NCBI GenBank assembly: GCA_964617475.1
Contig: CAZTYM010000001.1
Span: forward strand, 100,085 to 164,084
Reading direction: 5' to 3'
DNA: 64,000 nt
From: an uncultured Thiotrichales bacterium
Lineage (GTDB): Bacteria > Pseudomonadota > Gammaproteobacteria > GCA-2400775
The translations under genes and the position numbers were made by a program. Shown in pieces: positions 60,574 to 64,000 of the stretch (the first letter of the stretch is position 1; each line of letters opens with the position of its first letter). The notes beneath the pieces were generated by a model that saw only the letters and a list, made by a program, of their open reading frames with translations, was not told the origin of the DNA and made no database searches.

Positions 60574-63500
60574 ATGAGTGATTACAAATACAGTTTTAGC
60601 TGTGAGATAGATAATTTCGGATTCTGGAGGGAGCTTTCATCACTCAGTCGCTGTGCTACGGCCGCGCTTGTCACGGGCATATATCTATTTCTCTGTGCAA
60701 CCACAGTACACGCAGAAATTAAGTTCGAGGACGTGACTGTCGGGTCAGGTACGGAGTATGAAGGTGAATCTTACGGTGCTTCATGGGGTGACTCGAACAG
60801 CGATGGTTGGCCTGATCTTTTCGTTAACCATCATCGAAATACTCCAAGTGCTTACTTAAACCAGGCGGATGGATCATTTGAAGACCGAGGGTTCGAAGTA
60901 GATATCTGGAGAGAGAGACCAAATCGTGACATGCATGGAGGTAGCTGGGCCGACTTTGATAACGACGGTGACCAGGATTTATTTATCACAATTGGATCTT
61001 CGGCAAATAGTCAGTTTCTTGTTAATACCGATACCATACTTTCAGACGAGGTTAATGACAGTACATTTACATTCGACGTAGTTAACTGGGCTGGCAGAAT
61101 GCCTACCTGGTTAGATTTCGATCTGGATGGTTTATTAGACTTTGCTGTATCTCTTCGTAGTTCTAGGCCGCAGATGCATCGACAAATTCCAGGTGCTCGC
61201 GATTTTCAACGTGTGAATAGTGCGGCAAATGCGGCATGTGTTATTAATGACGGATCGAACTACAGCTTGCTTTCCGATGTAAATAACGACTCAAGACTTG
61301 ATTTTGTCTGTTTGAGTGCAGCGTTCGCCCCTGACGAAATTTATAACGTAGGTCAGTTACCTTTTACTACAGTCGCTAACCAATTTCCGGTCATTTCGAA
61401 CGTGACAGACACTGCAATCGGTGACTTCAATGGAGACTTGGTCAATGACTTCGTTATGTCGCGGGGAAGGTTACGTCAACGAGGTGCAGCAATTGTCAGT
61501 CCCTCTAGAATTGAAGCTCATCTGATTCCGACTGAACCCGACATCCCTCAAGGTATCGATTTTAAAACAACGGGAGACGTTACTTTCCAGGTTACTTGGG
61601 CTAGTCGTAATATTAACCGCGTCTTTATTGGTTCACAGGGTATCAATACAGGTGTGCAGAATATTGATACTGTTTTAACTTTTACTCTATCGGCATCTAA
61701 CCCTGATCACCAAGGGATTGTTGATATTGATCCAACCTTACCTTCAGCTATATACATTGGTTACGATGTCGCTTCCGAAACATGGCAATACCGGGTTGAT
61801 AGAGGCAATACATTTGCTTACACCTATACGTTCATTGATAGCACCGTTCCAGATATGTCTGACATACAGGTATTCGGTCTAAACAATAGTGATGCCCCTA
61901 ACCGGTCCGCACTCGTACTTAGTGATCCTAATACTGGAGATTTTATTGAAAGCGCGCAAGCCTCAGGCTTGGGTCAGCCGCAATCGTGTGCTTCAGTTGT
62001 TGCTGCAGACTTTGATAATGATATGGATGTGGATATCTACATGGCTTGTCGTACGGGCATCGAAAACATACCAAACATCGTGTACGAAAACCAAGGCGAT
62101 GGCACATTCGTATTATTACCGCCAACTACTGGTGGTGAAGGCCCTCTTGGTTTCAATGTGGGGTTAGCAGAAAGTGTAACGGTAGCCGACTACGATGTTG
62201 ACGGTCGCGTTGATTTGTTTGTTACAAATGGCCTTAAGCTTTATCCTGAATTTGAACCGCTAGCTAATGGTGGGCCTGACGTACTACTGCGGAACACAAG
62301 CGATAATAACAATAACTGGATACAGCTCGACTTGGTGGGGACACGGTCTAACCGCGATAGTATTGGTGCCAAAGTTTTTGCAACTGCGGGCGGCGTCACT
62401 CAGTTGCGTGAACAAAATGGTGGTTTCCATCGTTGGTCACAAGACCATCAGCGTATTCACTTTGGTTTAGCGCAAAATACGTCTGTTGACATACAGGTTA
62501 TTTGGCCGAATGGCGATATTGATAATTTTACGATAGATGGCATTACAGACACAGTTAACAACTTGTACCGTATTACAGAAAGCGATGGTGTTTCAGGCCC
62601 ATCGACAATCGAGCAAGTTACTTTAACAACCTCTGTACCTCTTTCCCCTTGTGTTGAGCCTGAAATTGATCGGCTTGTTGAACAAGGGTTGTTCGTATGG
62701 CGTGATTGTAATGCCGATACCTGGCATGTTCGTGTAACAGGCGGCGGTGTTTCAACAAATTATGAAGGTAGCGTTTTAGCCGATGACCCATTGGCAAGTT
62801 TGACTGCTTTCAATATTGAAACTAATGACAGTGTGGATTCACCTGATTCACGCCAAATTATATTTGACCTGGTTTCAGGTGCGACAGGTATTGATGGTTT
62901 CGACTTTAGTTTACAACCTGGCACCAGTGCATGTCTTTCACTTGATGCTCCTGCTGGGGCTGATGTTTTTCTCGGATTTTTAAAGAATCCAATAACATTA
63001 CCAATTGACTTATTAACACTGGGTCCATGTAACAATCAAATGCAGTTGCCGTCGGTATCTGTGGAAGACGCAGTCGTCAATGAGGCTGACGGAATTGTAA
63101 GTGTGCCATTGAATTTGTCCTTTGCCGCGACAGATGTAGTCACTGTAGAGCTTAGTACGACTGATGGTAGCGCGACATCTCCTGACGATTACGCTGGTAT
63201 CGACGCTGCATTACCACAAATTGTTACTTTCCAACCTGGTGACCTCAGTGCAAGCGTTGATATTACAATCAATGATGATCTAGAAGCAGAAGGGACTGAA
63301 GATTTTAACGTTACCATTAGTAATCTAGTCGGTAGCGCGCTTATTTCAAGAAATAGCGCTGTAATTACGCTTGAGGATGACGAAATCAACCCAATAGGTC
63401 GTCCGGTAGTTGATAGAGATGTTGATCAGGCATTGTTCCTTTGGCAGGACGAGACGACGGGTGCGTGGAATGTTGAAGCCACTGCTGGCGGATCTACTCA

Positions 63501-64000
63501 AACACTCAATTTTGTTGGTGAAATATTATCTGATCAAGGTTTTACTCAAGTCACACCAGTAAGTATTGAAGGCAATGATGTCTTAGATAATGTTACTGAT
63601 CCGAATGCAATCCTGTTCGACTTGGCAGTACGACAGGGGGCCGGGCCAGTAGATGAATTTAACTTTAGTTTCCCTATCGGCGCATCTGTTTGTTTCACTG
63701 TAACTGGTGCACCTTCAGGTCAAACTGTATTACTTGGTGCGTCAAGACAGCCGCTAACAGCGCCTTTCGATCTTGCGACTTTACAGCCATGTACGGGTGT
63801 ACCAACACGAATTTCCGTAGCGGATGTCAGTGTTTCCGAGACAGAAGCTTCGGTTGATATACCTGTAACTTTGTTGTTCCCAAGTACAGAAGTAGTGACT
63901 GTAGAACTGTCGACTACAGATGGTACTGCGGTATCACCTGACGATTACACAGGGTTAACTTCGCCTGCAACGGTGATTTTCCCTGTTGGTCAAACGTCTG
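60574..64000 (+). CDS. Large secreted FG-GAP/VCBS + ASPIC/UnbV (CRTAC1-like) protein with tandem Calx-beta domains; 3' end beyond window
   Basis: Open in frame 1 from the ATG at 60574 to the window end. Signal-like N-terminus; FG-GAP-like DxDGDxD repeats (ADFDNDGDQD, DFDNDMDVD, DYDVDGRVD); UnbV/ASPIC signature (NNNNWIQLDLVGTRSNRDSIGAKVFATAGGVTQLREQNGGFHRWSQDHQRIHFGL...VDIQVIWPNGD); at least two Calx-beta units (VELSTTDGSATSPDDYAG...INDDLEAEGTEDF). Confidence 0.7.
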   Translation, partial: MSDYKYSFSCEIDNFGFWRELSSLSRCATAALVTGIYLFLCATTVHAEIKFEDVTVGSGTEYEGESYGASWGDSNSDGWPDLFVNHHRNTPSAYLNQADGSFEDRGFEVDIWRERPNRDMHGGSWADFDNDGDQDLFITIGSSANSQFLVNTDTILSDEVNDSTFTFDVVNWAGRMPTWLDFDLDGLLDFAVSLRSSRPQMHRQIPGARDFQRVNSAANAACVINDGSNYSLLSDVNNDSRLDFVCLSAAFAPDEIYNVGQLPFTTVANQFPVISNVTDTAIGDFNGDLVNDFVMSRGRLRQRGAAIVSPSRIEAHLIPTEPDIPQGIDFKTTGDVTFQVTWASRNINRVFIGSQGINTGVQNIDTVLTFTLSASNPDHQGIVDIDPTLPSAIYIGYDVASETWQYRVDRGNTFAYTYTFIDSTVPDMSDIQVFGLNNSDAPNRSALVLSDPNTGDFIESAQASGLGQPQSCASVVAADFDNDMDVDIYMACRTGIENIPNIVYENQGDGTFVLLPPTTGGEGPLGFNVGLAESVTVADYDVDGRVDLFVTNGLKLYPEFEPLANGGPDVLLRNTSDNNNNWIQLDLVGTRSNRDSIGAKVFATAGGVTQLREQNGGFHRWSQDHQRIHFGLAQNTSVDIQVIWPNGDIDNFTIDGITDTVNNLYRITESDGVSGPSTIEQVTLTTSVPLSPCVEPEIDRLVEQGLFVWRDCNADTWHVRVTGGGVSTNYEGSVLADDPLASLTAFNIETNDSVDSPDSRQIIFDLVSGATGIDGFDFSLQPGTSACLSLDAPAGADVFLGFLKNPITLPIDLLTLGPCNNQMQLPSVSVEDAVVNEADGIVSVPLNLSFAATDVVTVELSTTDGSATSPDDYAGIDAALPQIVTFQPGDLSASVDITINDDLEAEGTEDFNVTISNLVGSALISRNSAVITLEDDEINPIGRPVVDRDVDQALFLWQDETTGAWNVEATAGGSTQTLNFVGEILSDQGFTQVTPVSIEGNDVLDNVTDPNAILFDLAVRQGAGPVDEFNFSFPIGASVCFTVTGAPSGQTVLLGASRQPLTAPFDLATLQPCTGVPTRISVADVSVSETEASVDIPVTLLFPSTEVVTVELSTTDGTAVSPDDYTGLTSPATVIFPVGQTS

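Overview
This 64 kb window is gammaproteobacterial chromosome, most likely from a marine Alteromonadales-type organism at roughly 40-45% GC. It is largely conserved housekeeping synteny: recJ, prfB (with the programmed +1 frameshift) and lysS; ygfZ, sdhCDAB, sdhE and ygfX; nadB divergent from rpoE-rseABC-degP; lepA-lepB-DUF4845-rnc-era-recO-pdxJ; and an initiator tRNA-fMet followed by rimP-nusA-infB-rbfA-truB-rpsO-pnp. Between these blocks are accessory stretches:
- a dense array of REP/BIME-like hairpin repeats downstream of lysS;
- a low-GC three-gene island of unrecognisable small proteins;
- a MarR-like regulator with a cysteine-rich tail, divergent from a cytochrome P460 operon with a palindromic operator;
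- a putative metal-handling cluster (c-type cytochrome, YHS-domain protein, tandem-repeat histidine-rich protein);
- a tightly overlapping four-gene operon of unknown function (BtuF-like binding protein, Cys-rich CWC protein, Dph6-like PP-loop ATPase, spermidine-synthase-like transferase);
- a MotA/MotB(PomAB)-type stator pair followed by a Sel1-repeat MotX-like protein and a rhodanese;
- a polysaccharide locus with an unusual MshEN-like (putative c-di-GMP-binding) domain fused to a BY-kinase-type ATPase whose Walker A lysine is replaced by arginine, plus a Wzx-like flippase, a sulfotransferase and a very large secreted ASPIC/UnbV plus Calx-beta protein that runs off the window.
All calls rest on reading the translations and sequence directly; no database searches were run.
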